Counted from the first letter of the stretch, positions 38,861-49,060 are shown. The stretch is DNA of 64,000 nt from Candidatus Woesearchaeota archaeon (GCA_041665465.1 JBAYIU010000001.1:1406260-1470259), one strand, 5' to 3'. A program made the numbers and translations. Notes: generated from the letters alone by a model not told the origin.

Positions 38861-39793
38861 TTACTTCCGATTTAATATCCATTTAATTCTTTCTTCTAAT
38901 TCTTCAGGACCAAACCTGCTTCCAGTAAATCTAGGAGAACCACCAATTGTATTAGAACCATTCCAACGATTAGTCTTTGTAATTCTGTCTCCTTCTAATT
39001 TGTTTAATCCGCGGTATAACTTAGGGATATCATACTTCACCCACACTGATTTTCTTCCCAAGACATAACGATGACCACTTCCATTTTGTGAGCCTAACCA
39101 GGCTGCAAAAGCGTTAATCCCATCGTTGTACATAGCCATACGAGAAGCAGGACCGGTTTCATGGACCATGGTCCATCCCTCTCCACCACCAATTTTCTCA
39201 TACTGGCCTACTAAGGGTAATTTTTCTCCTCCGTTGATTACATGAGCAGAAATTCTACTGAATACTGCTTCCATAATGGTTTTCATTCCGGCTTCGCTCA
39301 TTCCAGAAAGCCTATTCTCAAATCGGGCTTGATTATATGGTTCAAAGATCCAAGCCATTCTTTGTCTCATCTCTGTTTCTCCAAAAGGATAGGCTCCGGC
39401 AGTAGAGTCTAACCTGTCTTCACAATAAACTAAACGATTTATAGGGGGAGAAGCATGGCCAATGACCATGTCATGGTTCATTAATAACCATGCTGCTAAG
39501 CAAGTATCTTCATCACAATCATTCACATAAATCCTAGCCGTAGGAATTCCTCCTTGTTTGAAGGTGTCAAAAAGGTCCATGTTAATCTCTAAATGTACTT
39601 GATCAGAAGTAGATCGGGTAGCAAACCGGTCTACTCCGGTATGATGATCAAAATTAGCGTAAGGTCCGCGAGGGTCTTTATGGGTGGGAGCAGATACAAA
39701 TCCGTCTAAGGCAATAGAATATGGAGGTTTCTGGCTCTTAAATTCATTCCATTTATAGGTCTTTCCCGGCTCAATGTATAGTTCTATTGTCAT
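38861..39793 (-). CDS. DHH-like phosphoesterase with atypical motif order
   Basis: IALDG and NFDHH come before YVNDCDED; C-terminal IGGSPR. Confidence 0.55.
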   Translation of the reverse strand: MTIELYIEPGKTYKWNEFKSQKPPYSIALDGFVSAPTHKDPRGPYANFDHHTGVDRFATRSTSDQVHLEINMDLFDTFKQGGIPTARIYVNDCDEDTCLAAWLLMNHDMVIGHASPPINRLVYCEDRLDSTAGAYPFGETEMRQRMAWIFEPYNQARFENRLSGMSEAGMKTIMEAVFSRISAHVINGGEKLPLVGQYEKIGGGEGWTMVHETGPASRMAMYNDGINAFAAWLGSQNGSGHRYVLGRKSVWVKYDIPKLYRGLNKLEGDRITKTNRWNGSNTIGGSPRFTGSRFGPEELEERIKWILNRK

Positions 39794-39865
39794 GACCCAA
39801 TCTAGGGGATTCTACTCTTTTTAAGGATTTAGGGTGTATAGAATAAACGTTTTAATTCGGTTAGG

Positions 39866-40597
39866 TTATTTTATACTTTTCCACAGATATTCAAAATACT
39901 TTCGATAGTTATCCGCTAGTTTCTTATGCTTAGTTACAAAAGCCAACGGTTTTTCCAACCATAGGATATTAGCGACATAATCTCCGTAAATATAGATGAC
40001 GTTCAACCCACTAAGAATCTTAGGCAGAACTTTGTATTGATAATATTTTGATTGAGTAATTGATTTGTTTTTGGCTTCATGAACTAAGAGTAATCTCCAT
40101 TTGCACTTTAATTTCTCTCTTTTCTTGTTGTATTGTGGCCAGAAGTATGGTAAGCGATTCTCTACATCTCCTGTTGCCCCAATGAATAAGACTTCTTTAT
40201 AATTCAAGCATTCTTTTAATATGGTCTTAATCCCTTCTGTGCCTCGATAAATTTCTGATTCAATTTCGGCAGGAGCTTTTCCAGGATATGAATTCATCTC
40301 AGAGATGATCTTTTTAACCTCTTGTCTTTGTTCTTCAATCTTCGCCTTTTTCTCATCTAAATATTTCTCTAAGTTTTCTGGTTTCTTGGCTTGAAAAAAT
40401 TTGATTTTGTTCTCTATAACATAACTCACCAGTCCTTTTTCAATCAATCGATTCAAGGCATCGTAAAGATTCTTCCTATACACTCCGGTGTCATCGACAA
40501 TCTTTCTTGCAGAAGTTGCTCCTAAATTTAATAATGAGAGATAAATCTTAATCTCGGTTTCGGTTAATCCAATCTCTTTTAAGAGTTTTGTATTCAT
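39866..40597 (-). CDS. TrmB-family transcriptional regulator
   Basis: LKEIGLTETEIKIYLSLL...LYDALNRLIEKGLV winged HTH; IYRGTEGIK. Confidence 0.92.
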   Translation of the reverse strand: MNTKLLKEIGLTETEIKIYLSLLNLGATSARKIVDDTGVYRKNLYDALNRLIEKGLVSYVIENKIKFFQAKKPENLEKYLDEKKAKIEEQRQEVKKIISEMNSYPGKAPAEIESEIYRGTEGIKTILKECLNYKEVLFIGATGDVENRLPYFWPQYNKKREKLKCKWRLLLVHEAKNKSITQSKYYQYKVLPKILSGLNVIYIYGDYVANILWLEKPLAFVTKHKKLADNYRKYFEYLWKSIK

Positions 40598-40634
40598 TAT
40601 CTCTATTTTTGCTTTATTTAATATAAACCTTGTG

Positions 40635-40652
40635 GTAGTATTAAGATACTAC
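40635..40652. promoter_or_regulatory. Palindrome in the divergent promoter (candidate TrmB operator)
   Basis: GTAGTAT-TAAG-ATACTAC. Confidence 0.5.
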
Positions 40653-40695
40653 AATAATTAAAATAATGTTGGTTAGCTTCTCTCAAGTGATTAAA

Positions 40696-41328
40696 ATGCT
40701 TGAAATCTATAATTCATCCTGTAAGTCTATTGCTTTAACTGCTTTAATGGGGGCATTAGTATTAATTGAACCTGTTTCTGCACAAGAGTTATCTCCTAAA
40801 GTGGGAGTTGAACAAAGAATTGGAGAAGTAGACCAAGAGCTGAACAGACTTGGAAAGGAAAAGGATTATCTTCAACATAAAAGAGACTTTGATCTTCATT
40901 TAAATAATGCAGAACGATATCTTGAAGCTTTTGTCTCTGATAATTCTCTTACCTTAGAAGAACAAAGAATGATTAGCTCTGAGTTAAAATGGGCACTCTA
41001 CCTCCAATCAAATAATCCTGAATATCAAAATGTGCCCGAGATATGGAAAACTCGATATGATCAAATGAAAGAAAATGCTGATGGGCTAAAGTTAAATCCT
41101 TTTAGATCTGAAGAAGCGGGCTTAGAGCAAGAATTAAGAAATCACGGTTATCCTGAAATTAAAGTAGGATATAATGGGTTATGGAATAACTTTGCTTTGG
41201 AAATTGGAGAAACATTTCTTGCTGCCTTTCGAGTGGCTTATTGGGGTGTTGCTTTTCTGTCGATAAGGTGGGTATACCGAAAAATGAATCGCAAAAAGTT
41301 ACAAAACAACGAAAAACCAGAGGTTTGA
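40696..41328 (+). CDS. Hypothetical exported / membrane-anchored protein
   Basis: Signal-like N-terminus (..PVSA-QE) and a C-terminal TM. Confidence 0.7.
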   Translation: MLEIYNSSCKSIALTALMGALVLIEPVSAQELSPKVGVEQRIGEVDQELNRLGKEKDYLQHKRDFDLHLNNAERYLEAFVSDNSLTLEEQRMISSELKWALYLQSNNPEYQNVPEIWKTRYDQMKENADGLKLNPFRSEEAGLEQELRNHGYPEIKVGYNGLWNNFALEIGETFLAAFRVAYWGVAFLSIRWVYRKMNRKKLQNNEKPEV

Positions 41329-41330
41329 AA

Positions 41331-41636
41331 ATGGGAAGTCTAAGCGATAGTATCGTTCAAATCTGGGGAGAACGCAGTCCTGAAGATATTCTATCCCCCT
41401 TTTGTTTTAGGGTAGACCAAAGTTATGTTGGTTTAATCAGTAAATTTGAAGAGAAAGAACTATGGCTCGATATTTATGATTCTAAATCTGGACAGTTAAC
41501 TCCCAATTCTATGAGCGTTTCATATGTTCATTTTTTTAATGGCCGTTTTAGGTCCCGCTCTAAAAAAGAAGTTCTGTCTGAAATACCACGAGAAAGTGCA
41601 CTAGCCGAAAGAATCTTACTGTACTTGTATGCTTAA
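41331..41636 (+). CDS. Hypothetical protein
   Basis: SD GAGGT before the ATG at 41331; operon-like spacing. Confidence 0.55.
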   Translation: MGSLSDSIVQIWGERSPEDILSPFCFRVDQSYVGLISKFEEKELWLDIYDSKSGQLTPNSMSVSYVHFFNGRFRSRSKKEVLSEIPRESALAERILLYLYA

Positions 41637-42381
41637 AATGACACTTGAAAGACAATTAGCTTTACACAAAGTAGAAGAAGGTAAGATTGTGGTTATACAT
41701 AATGGCGACCAACTGGAATTTATTAAATATGATGGGAAACTACTCCAAAAAGCAGAGTGTATTTGGGATATCCCTACCTTCTCCGAATTAATCTCGTTGA
41801 TAACTACTGCTCGTAAAAGTTGCGGGGGGAATGGTGAGAATGTTCTGCGTTTATTTAATGGATATAATAATTCTGATCGAATCATTCCATCTGGTCTTCA
41901 TGATATAAAATGGGGAACAGCTACTTCTCTGGCAATCATTCCTGAACAAGATATTCACATTAATGAAAGAAATACTCTAAGGAAGATGGACTATTCTCAA
42001 ATAATAATGCCTTCAAATGATTTACGTGGACGGATCTCTACTAGAACGTTTTTGCGATGGGGGTTGGTTCAGAAACTATGCGATTCAGATGAAACACTAG
42101 AAAAACTTGCTGATCTTGTAGATTCTTATCTTGTTGCTCCCTTAGTCTCTGGACCGGAGAGTTATTGTTTTTCGGTTTGGTTGTCACATTTAGGTTCGGA
42201 AAAAAGAAACGTTTCAGCACAAGTCACCTTGGGAGTAGGGTATAATTATCCTCATTTTCCTTATGCCGAATCTAGATGTGGTGATTCAGCCCTTTATACT
42301 AAAATTGGGTCTTTAGAGCTTTCATTCAATAGTGCAATCAGCAATGGACCTTACGTAATCCTCAAGAAATCGAAATTTTAA
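41629..42381 (+). CDS. Hypothetical protein with a WxIPTxxEL motif (CLec/DUF1566-like)
   Basis: CIWDIPTFSELI; overlaps the upstream stop. Confidence 0.6.
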   Translation: MLKMTLERQLALHKVEEGKIVVIHNGDQLEFIKYDGKLLQKAECIWDIPTFSELISLITTARKSCGGNGENVLRLFNGYNNSDRIIPSGLHDIKWGTATSLAIIPEQDIHINERNTLRKMDYSQIIMPSNDLRGRISTRTFLRWGLVQKLCDSDETLEKLADLVDSYLVAPLVSGPESYCFSVWLSHLGSEKRNVSAQVTLGVGYNYPHFPYAESRCGDSALYTKIGSLELSFNSAISNGPYVILKKSKF

Positions 42382-42437
42382 AAATCAAAACAAAAATAAA
42401 AAAAATCTAATATGAATATAATTGTGATTATATCTGA

Positions 42438-42596
42438 TTAGAACTTCTTGTGCTTCTGGTAACAGTTTCTACAATAAACTGGTTTTCCTGGAGTGGGCTT
42501 AAAAGGTACTTCGCACTCTTGGTTACAGTCTGCACAAACAGCTTTGTGTCTCTCTCGGGGTCCGTCAAAACTTCTTTGGTTTCCAAAATTTCCCAT
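42438..42596 (-). CDS. CxxC-x17-CxxC zinc-ribbon protein (52 aa; missing from the ORF track)
   Basis: MGNFGNQRSFDGPRERHKAVCADCNQECEVPFKPTPGKPVYCRNCYQKHKKF*; SD AGGTGA upstream. Confidence 0.93.
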   Translation of the reverse strand: MGNFGNQRSFDGPRERHKAVCADCNQECEVPFKPTPGKPVYCRNCYQKHKKF

Positions 42597-42758
42597 GTTA
42601 TATATTTCACCTATGTGTGTATTTCTTACACAGAAATAGTGTCCAAGATCCTCTTTTGGATTATGTCTGTTATTACTTCTAAACCTATGGCTGTTTATAA
42701 ATGTATGTCCTGGAAAAGATAAATTAATATATCTACTCCTCTAAAAATCCTCTTAATT

Positions 42759-43364
42759 ATGGCCATTACTACTTACCTTTTTGATCTGGACGATACTTTG
42801 ATTGATGCTCAAATCTATGCTAAAATTTATCCCTTTATTATCTCTGGGATTAAATCCAAGTTCAAGCTTACTGATAAATTGCTGGATGAGGAGATGCAGC
42901 AACTTGGATTGAAGAAGAATAAGTATAATCGCTGGGATACTGGGGATATCTGCCGTGCTTTGGGAATGTTAGACTTTTATTATCAAGAACTAGAGAAGGC
43001 TATTCAGGTTAATTCTTGGGTTAACCTAGATGCTCAAGCTCTGTTTTCTACTTTGAAACAACGAGGTAAGAAGATTGGAATAGTTTCTAATTCTATGTCC
43101 AGAACCATTTATGCTTATCTGCATAAATATGGGTTAAGTGAAATGGTTGATTTTATTGTTTCTGCAGTAGAATTGAACAAAAGGAAAAGTGATGAAGTAT
43201 TCTGGCGCGATCTTATCAGTAGTCATAAACTGATCCCTAAAGAAACCGTTGTTATAGGAGATGATCTGCAGGAAGACGTTAATCTGCCTAAAAAGTTTGG
43301 ATTTCAGACTTTTCATATGGTTAGAGCAGAAGACTTGAAAAGGATAGCTGGACTGTTTCCTTAA
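42759..43364 (+). CDS. HAD-superfamily hydrolase
   Basis: FDLDDTL, IVSN, K, IGDDLQED. Confidence 0.92.
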   Translation: MAITTYLFDLDDTLIDAQIYAKIYPFIISGIKSKFKLTDKLLDEEMQQLGLKKNKYNRWDTGDICRALGMLDFYYQELEKAIQVNSWVNLDAQALFSTLKQRGKKIGIVSNSMSRTIYAYLHKYGLSEMVDFIVSAVELNKRKSDEVFWRDLISSHKLIPKETVVIGDDLQEDVNLPKKFGFQTFHMVRAEDLKRIAGLFP

Positions 43365-43437
43365 GGATAACCTGAAAGGGATAGAATAAATTGGCGTAAT
43401 CTTTATTCTTCTTTGTTTCTGTATTCTTGTTTATAAT

Positions 43438-44913
43438 CTAGGTATCCTTGGGAATTAATCGGTTTAACTCTTCCCTATAGTTCGGTAAATTTTCTAGAGT
43501 TAAGACTTTAGAAATATTCGGAGCATAGTTCTTAACAATCTCTCTAAATAACTTAAATGATCTTTCAGTCATCAATTCATGTCCATTGGTTTCCATTAGA
43601 GGCACAGTTAAAAAACTTTGAACTCTGTCCAACTGATGAGCATCATAACTCATTCTTATTGCATAATCATTAACTAGTTTTCTTTCTTCCTGGTTTGGAT
43701 GGGAAATGACATTGGCCAACGTCTCAAATCCAAGATTGGCAAAAAAAGTTGGATTATCTAGAAGCTTTTGATAAGCCTTTGATTGTTTCCACTCCGGTCT
43801 TCTCCAATTTCTATTCCCGGGAATGAAATTCTTAGCAGGGAAGCCGCGATAAATAGAACTGTTGAATGAACTTAACAATCCGTTACATACCTCTCTTGTT
43901 TCTCTGAGGGTCTCTTTAGTATCCTCTTCAATCCCAAAAACATATAGGATCTCGGGGATAAAACCATTCTTCTCTGCGTGAATAAAAGACTCTAATAATC
44001 TTGATTCTAAGTCTAAATCTCCTTTGCCCATGGCTTTAAGCAGTTTAACATTAGCTGCACCATCGGCACCAAAACCAAATTGATAAAAACCAGCTTCCTT
44101 AACTAACTGCATTAACTCTTCATCTTTAGATGCTTGAAGATAGGAATCAGCTCGAGTTAAGGCTCTTAATCTTAAACTTATTCCATATTCCTCTTGAAGA
44201 CTGACTATAACTTGCAATTCCCGCTTTAACTTCCCCTTATCTCCGCCATTCAAAGCCTGTTGAAAAAAATCAAGTGAAGTGACATAAGCACTTAATTGAG
44301 AGATTCCCAGTTCTCTTGCTTGGCCCAAATAAGTTCTTAAGTTATCCTTGATATCATAAAATTGTTCTCTACTCCCTGTTTGTGCTCCACAAAATGAACA
44401 GTTATACTTGCACCCTTGACTAAATAAAAGAGTAATCTCGTTGTTGAGATAAACTCTCAAATCCTCTTCAGAAATTCGTTCTAACTGTTTTCTAATAGAG
44501 ATATTCCAATAATTATCTTCCATTAATGCTTCTCTTCCAACTTGGTTCGCTTTAGGAAATATTCTTCCAAATTCCTCGGGCTCTAATTTTTCAATTCCTT
44601 GGCCTCCGAAGTAAATCCTTTCAGGAATAATCTCTCTATCTAGCAAGTTAAGATAGATTTGATGAGCAGGAGCAATGTTTTGTGCACCCATAACGTGAAT
44701 CCCGATGGAATCAAAATCACTTATATCTCGTTCATCTAAGTTATGTAATTGACAATCATGATATTGAATTGCTGCATTTTGTGTTTCTTCTAAGATCTGT
44801 CCTGCATAAAGCAGTCCTAACGGTAAAAATGGGGTTTCATCCTTAACAAACTCTTTTGAGTAATGCACATATGGTGGGTGGACCATTAACACCTTGCCTG
44901 AGGGAAGATTCAT
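43438..44913 (-). CDS. B12-binding-domain radical SAM protein
   Basis: N-terminal VHPP...PLGLLY...YFGG domain; SQGCKYNCSFC. Confidence 0.85.
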   Translation of the reverse strand: MNLPSGKVLMVHPPYVHYSKEFVKDETPFLPLGLLYAGQILEETQNAAIQYHDCQLHNLDERDISDFDSIGIHVMGAQNIAPAHQIYLNLLDREIIPERIYFGGQGIEKLEPEEFGRIFPKANQVGREALMEDNYWNISIRKQLERISEEDLRVYLNNEITLLFSQGCKYNCSFCGAQTGSREQFYDIKDNLRTYLGQARELGISQLSAYVTSLDFFQQALNGGDKGKLKRELQVIVSLQEEYGISLRLRALTRADSYLQASKDEELMQLVKEAGFYQFGFGADGAANVKLLKAMGKGDLDLESRLLESFIHAEKNGFIPEILYVFGIEEDTKETLRETREVCNGLLSSFNSSIYRGFPAKNFIPGNRNWRRPEWKQSKAYQKLLDNPTFFANLGFETLANVISHPNQEERKLVNDYAIRMSYDAHQLDRVQSFLTVPLMETNGHELMTERSFKLFREIVKNYAPNISKVLTLENLPNYREELNRLIPKDT

Positions 44914-44916
44914 TGC

Positions 44917-45438
44917 TCACTGCTCCACTTCTGGGTCTTTGTATTTCTCTAAGAATGGTTCTAGCTTATCCGCTATGGCATCTATTTCTTTTCTGCTTTC
45001 TTCTAGATTTGTTAGATCTTTTCTTAAAAATGTATCAATCGTTAACTCTACCCTCTTAAGATAGATGACAACTGCCCCCCCAAAATTATCTACTGTAGGA
45101 AAGTCTCCATTTGATATTCCTGGCAGGCCATAATGATAAGCATTATAATCTAGAGTTACAGTTACTTCATCGGCTTTCGCACTTGATTTAAAAGAGTACT
45201 CTAAGCTAACTTCGGAATTAAGACCTTCACTCACATCAAAGAAAGCTCCTTTTTTCAAGATTCTTTTTTCTGGAACAATTCCTTCTATTCCTGTTTCTAA
45301 GAATCCAATCAATTCTTCTATCCCTTGCAGATCTTGGAACTTTTCATCATGGAATGGAACCTCAACTTTTACTTGTTGATACTGATGTTGATTATTGTTC
45401 CATCCCCCTTTCTTAACTAAATTATATTCTCGGACCAT
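44917..45438 (-). CDS. Hypothetical protein, probably co-transcribed with the radical SAM gene
   Basis: SD AGGAGG; 3-nt gap to the next gene. Confidence 0.75.
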   Translation of the reverse strand: MVREYNLVKKGGWNNNQHQYQQVKVEVPFHDEKFQDLQGIEELIGFLETGIEGIVPEKRILKKGAFFDVSEGLNSEVSLEYSFKSSAKADEVTVTLDYNAYHYGLPGISNGDFPTVDNFGGAVVIYLKRVELTIDTFLRKDLTNLEESRKEIDAIADKLEPFLEKYKDPEVEQ

Positions 45439-45561
45439 GTTAATTCCTCCTTTTGATTACTTATCTGTAGCAACTACTACTTATAATAAATATACGATTA
45501 ATTATTTTGTCAAAAAGGAAATATTTATATATAAAAGTAAATTATATCTTAAATGGGCTAA

Positions 45562-46512
45562 ATGGTAGATAATACGGACTTGCGTTTATTGTACGAGTTG
45601 AATTGGAACTGCCGACAGACTCACACCTCTTTAGGTAAGAAGCTGCGTATTTCTAAACAGGTGGTAAGTTATAGAATTGCTCAGTTAGAGAAAAACCAGA
45701 TAATTCAAAGTTATCATGCTTTGATTGATTGGAGAAAGTTAGGATATAATTCTATTCGTGTTTACATCAAGTGGCATCGTATCTCTCCGGAAGAAGAAAA
45801 AAAGATATACGACGAGATTAAAAAAAACCCTTTCTTTATGTGGACAGTTAAGTTTGAAGGAGAGTTTGACTTGGGTCTTTACATGTGGGTAAAGGAAGTG
45901 CCAGAATTTTCTCAGAAATGGTTTTCCTTTCTAGCTAAGTACAAAAAGTTTATCTTAAGATATGAGATTTACGAATCGGTCAATATGGTCCATTATCCCA
46001 TGAAAGTGTTAGTTGAGAATTCTAAAAATGATGAGAAAATACTTGGCGAAGGAAATAAAGTAGAATATGATTCCATCGATGATGAGATTATGAAAGTTCT
46101 TACCGAGAATGCTTCAACTTCACTCGTAGAATTAGCTAAAAGAATTAAATTAACGCCAAAAGCAGCTCTTTATCGTCTACGTAAATTAGAGAAAAACAAG
46201 ATAATTCTCGGTTATAATGCCTTAATTGATACTGATAAGTTAGGTTATCGTTTTTATAAGATTGATTTTTATCTCAATGACTTTAGCCGAATTAAGGAAA
46301 TGAATGAGTTCGCTAAGCAGCATAAGAATATTGTTTATCGCATGAGAACTATTGGTGGTCCAGATTTTGAGATTGAGGTTATGGTTAAAGATGTTACGGA
46401 AATGAATCAATTAGTTGCAGAGATCAGGAGAAGGTTTTCTGAATGTATAGAATATTCCCGTTTCCACCGTTTTGAGTATACAATTAAACAGGTGTATCTA
46501 CCGGGAGAGTAA
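45562..46512 (+). CDS. Tandem (duplicated) Lrp/AsnC regulator
   Basis: Two HTH-RAM units: DNTDLRLL...ISKQVVSYRI and DSIDDEIM...LTPKAALYRL. Confidence 0.92.
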   Translation: MVDNTDLRLLYELNWNCRQTHTSLGKKLRISKQVVSYRIAQLEKNQIIQSYHALIDWRKLGYNSIRVYIKWHRISPEEEKKIYDEIKKNPFFMWTVKFEGEFDLGLYMWVKEVPEFSQKWFSFLAKYKKFILRYEIYESVNMVHYPMKVLVENSKNDEKILGEGNKVEYDSIDDEIMKVLTENASTSLVELAKRIKLTPKAALYRLRKLEKNKIILGYNALIDTDKLGYRFYKIDFYLNDFSRIKEMNEFAKQHKNIVYRMRTIGGPDFEIEVMVKDVTEMNQLVAEIRRRFSECIEYSRFHRFEYTIKQVYLPGE

Positions 46513-46557
46513 TTCTCCACGGAAATATTTATTAACAAACTAAAGTTATAACTCTTT

Positions 46558-47925
46558 ATGGTTGAACTGATATCCACTAATCCCGCTAAAAACTATGAAG
46601 TTCTCGGTAAGGTCGAGGTTTCTTCTTCTGAAAAAATTCTTGAGAAAGTTAAATTGGCTAATAAAGTTAAACTCCTTTGGAAAGAAACTTCAATTAAAGA
46701 GAGGATAGCTTTACTTAAACCCATTTATGAAGATTTTAACTCTAGAAAAGAAGAATTAGCTCTTTTGATTACTCGAGAGATGGGTAAGCCCATAACCGAT
46801 AGCAGAGGAGAAGTGAGTGGTTTTCTAACTGAATGGAATTGGTTTTTTGAAAATGCAGAAAAAGCTTTAGCTGAAGAAATCACTTTTGAAGGTAATAATT
46901 CTAAACATAAGATTGTTTACGAACCTCTTGGCACGACTGCAGTGATCACTCCTTGGAATTATCCCTTTGGTATGTTTGTGTGGGGAGTAGTTCCTAATTT
47001 ATTAGCCGGTAACCCGGTAGTCTTTAAGATCTCTGAAGAATGTCCGTTAACTGGTAAACTGATTGAGCAAGTGATGACTGCTCATGATCTTCCTAGTGGT
47101 GTATTCTCGGAAGTTTACGGTGCTGGCGAAGTGGGTCAGAGATTAGCTAATAGTAAAATTGATTTAATCTGGTTTACCGGAAGCACTAAAGTGGGAAAAC
47201 TGTTGTACAAAATCGCCGCAAAGAAGTTTATCCGAGTAGTCTTAGAAATGGGGGGTTCAAACCCTGCTATTGTTTTTGAAAATGTTAACGTTTCTGAAAT
47301 AATTAACACTATCTATTCCGGTCGGTTTGGTAATTGTGGACAGGTTTGTGATGCTTTGAAACGTTTGATAGTTCACGAATCTTTATTTGAAGAGGTAGTT
47401 GAAAAGTTAAAGCAGCGAGTGGAAAGAGTAAAACTGGGGTCTCCGGAGGATCCTAAGACTGAGATGGGAAGTTTAGTCGCAAAAAGACAACTTCTTGTTC
47501 TCCAGGATCAAGTAAAGGATGCTTTAGAGAAGGGTGCGAAGTTGATTACCGGTGGAAAAGCTCTGGATTTGGGCGGTGCTTTCTATGAGCCCACCATCCT
47601 AACCCATCTCACTCCTAAGATGCGGGTGTGGAAAGAAGAAGTTTTCGGTCCGGTTCTGCCTATCGTCGCTTTCAAGACGGAAAAACAAGCCTTAAAGTTA
47701 GCTAATGATACTCCTTACGGATTAGGCAGTCGGGTCTTCTCTAAGGATTTAGAAAGAGCGAGAAGAGTTGCTTCTAAGATTGAGGCGGGAGTGGTCGAGA
47801 TTAATAATGCGGATCACTGGCTTACTTGTAATCCTTTTGGCGGGTATAAAAACTCTGGCATGGGTCGGGAGTTAGGATTAATGGGATTTAAAGAATTATG
47901 TCAAGTTAAGGTTATTTCTGAATAA
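46558..47925 (+). CDS. NAD(P)-dependent aldehyde dehydrogenase
   Basis: PWNYP, FTGSTKVG, LEMGG, GQVC, EEVFGP, PFGGYKNSG. Confidence 0.96.
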   Translation: MVELISTNPAKNYEVLGKVEVSSSEKILEKVKLANKVKLLWKETSIKERIALLKPIYEDFNSRKEELALLITREMGKPITDSRGEVSGFLTEWNWFFENAEKALAEEITFEGNNSKHKIVYEPLGTTAVITPWNYPFGMFVWGVVPNLLAGNPVVFKISEECPLTGKLIEQVMTAHDLPSGVFSEVYGAGEVGQRLANSKIDLIWFTGSTKVGKLLYKIAAKKFIRVVLEMGGSNPAIVFENVNVSEIINTIYSGRFGNCGQVCDALKRLIVHESLFEEVVEKLKQRVERVKLGSPEDPKTEMGSLVAKRQLLVLQDQVKDALEKGAKLITGGKALDLGGAFYEPTILTHLTPKMRVWKEEVFGPVLPIVAFKTEKQALKLANDTPYGLGSRVFSKDLERARRVASKIEAGVVEINNADHWLTCNPFGGYKNSGMGRELGLMGFKELCQVKVISE

Positions 47926-47992
47926 ACCAATTCGGCTAATCTACTTCTCTTCTCGCGAAAACTTAATATACCCTTATCCTTCTATTAAGACC

Positions 47993-49060
47993 ATGTCCTT
48001 GTTTAAAGATATGTTGAAAGGTGGTGAGACCATTTTTAGAGATAGTGTTGTTCTTGACTATGATTATCAGCCTAAGATGATCAAGTACCGTGAGAATGAA
48101 CAGATGCGTTTCGCTACCGCTATCAGGCCTTTGCTGCAAGGCAATAATGGAAGAAACCTGTTTGTGTATGGTCCGCCAGGGGTGGGTAAAACTACTGCTT
48201 GCAAGCACGTGTTAAGAGAACTACAGGAAGAAACTGATGAAGTTCATACAGTTTACATCAATTGCTGGAAAGAAAATACCACTTTTAAGATTTATATCAA
48301 GATTTGTGAGGATTTAGGATACAAATTCATTCAAAGCAAGAAAACTTCTGAACTGTTTGGGATGATCAAACAGCACTTTAATAAGAAGCCGGTAGTGTTT
48401 GTGTTTGATGAGATCGATAAATTAGAGGATACTGATTTCTTGTACGGGATATTAGAAGATATTTATCGTAAGTCGATTATTGTTTTAACAAATTATCGAG
48501 ATACTTATTCTGAACTGGATGAACGTATCAGAAGCCGTTTCTCTCCAGAATTTCTTCCTTTTAATTCTTATACTGAACAAGAGATTGCTGGAATAATGAA
48601 AGAACGTTGTGAGTATGCTTTCATCCCGGATAGTTGGGACCAGGATGCTTTTATGGAAATTGTAGAAAAGTGTACCGAACTACAGGATGTACGAATTGGA
48701 TTATATATGATGCGAGAAGCAGGGAATCTGGCTGAAGAAAAGAGTTCTCGTAAAGTTACTCTTCCCCATGTAGCGGAAGCACTTAAAAAAGTAGATGAAT
48801 TCCATATCAAACCTAAAGAAGGGTTAGACGAAGAGTTGCAGATGATTCTGGACTTGGTAAGAAGTAATTCTGGAAAAAAGATTGGTGATGTGTATACTGC
48901 TTATGTAGAAAAAGGTGGAGAGATGAGTTATAAAAGTTTCCAGCGTCGCATTCTTAAATTGCAGGAAGGCCGTTTCTTAAACATGGAAAAGTTATCCAGT
49001 AAAGAAGGAAATACTAGTATTGTTAGTGTAAGCGCAGATAAGAAACTTAATGAGTTCTAA
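47993..49060 (+). CDS. cdc6: Cdc6/Orc1 replication initiator AAA+ ATPase
   Basis: LDYDYQP...RENE, GPPGVGKT, YINC, FDEID, RIRSR; C-terminal winged HTH. Confidence 0.9.
   Translation: MSLFKDMLKGGETIFRDSVVLDYDYQPKMIKYRENEQMRFATAIRPLLQGNNGRNLFVYGPPGVGKTTACKHVLRELQEETDEVHTVYINCWKENTTFKIYIKICEDLGYKFIQSKKTSELFGMIKQHFNKKPVVFVFDEIDKLEDTDFLYGILEDIYRKSIIVLTNYRDTYSELDERIRSRFSPEFLPFNSYTEQEIAGIMKERCEYAFIPDSWDQDAFMEIVEKCTELQDVRIGLYMMREAGNLAEEKSSRKVTLPHVAEALKKVDEFHIKPKEGLDEELQMILDLVRSNSGKKIGDVYTAYVEKGGEMSYKSFQRRILKLQEGRFLNMEKLSSKEGNTSIVSVSADKKLNEF

Noticed and set aside
42428..42722. Listed ORFs 42428-42610 (-) and 42450-42722 (+)
   Set aside because: They are shadows of the CxxC-x17-CxxC gene (42438-42596). 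The 'GTG start' of the first is that gene's SD.
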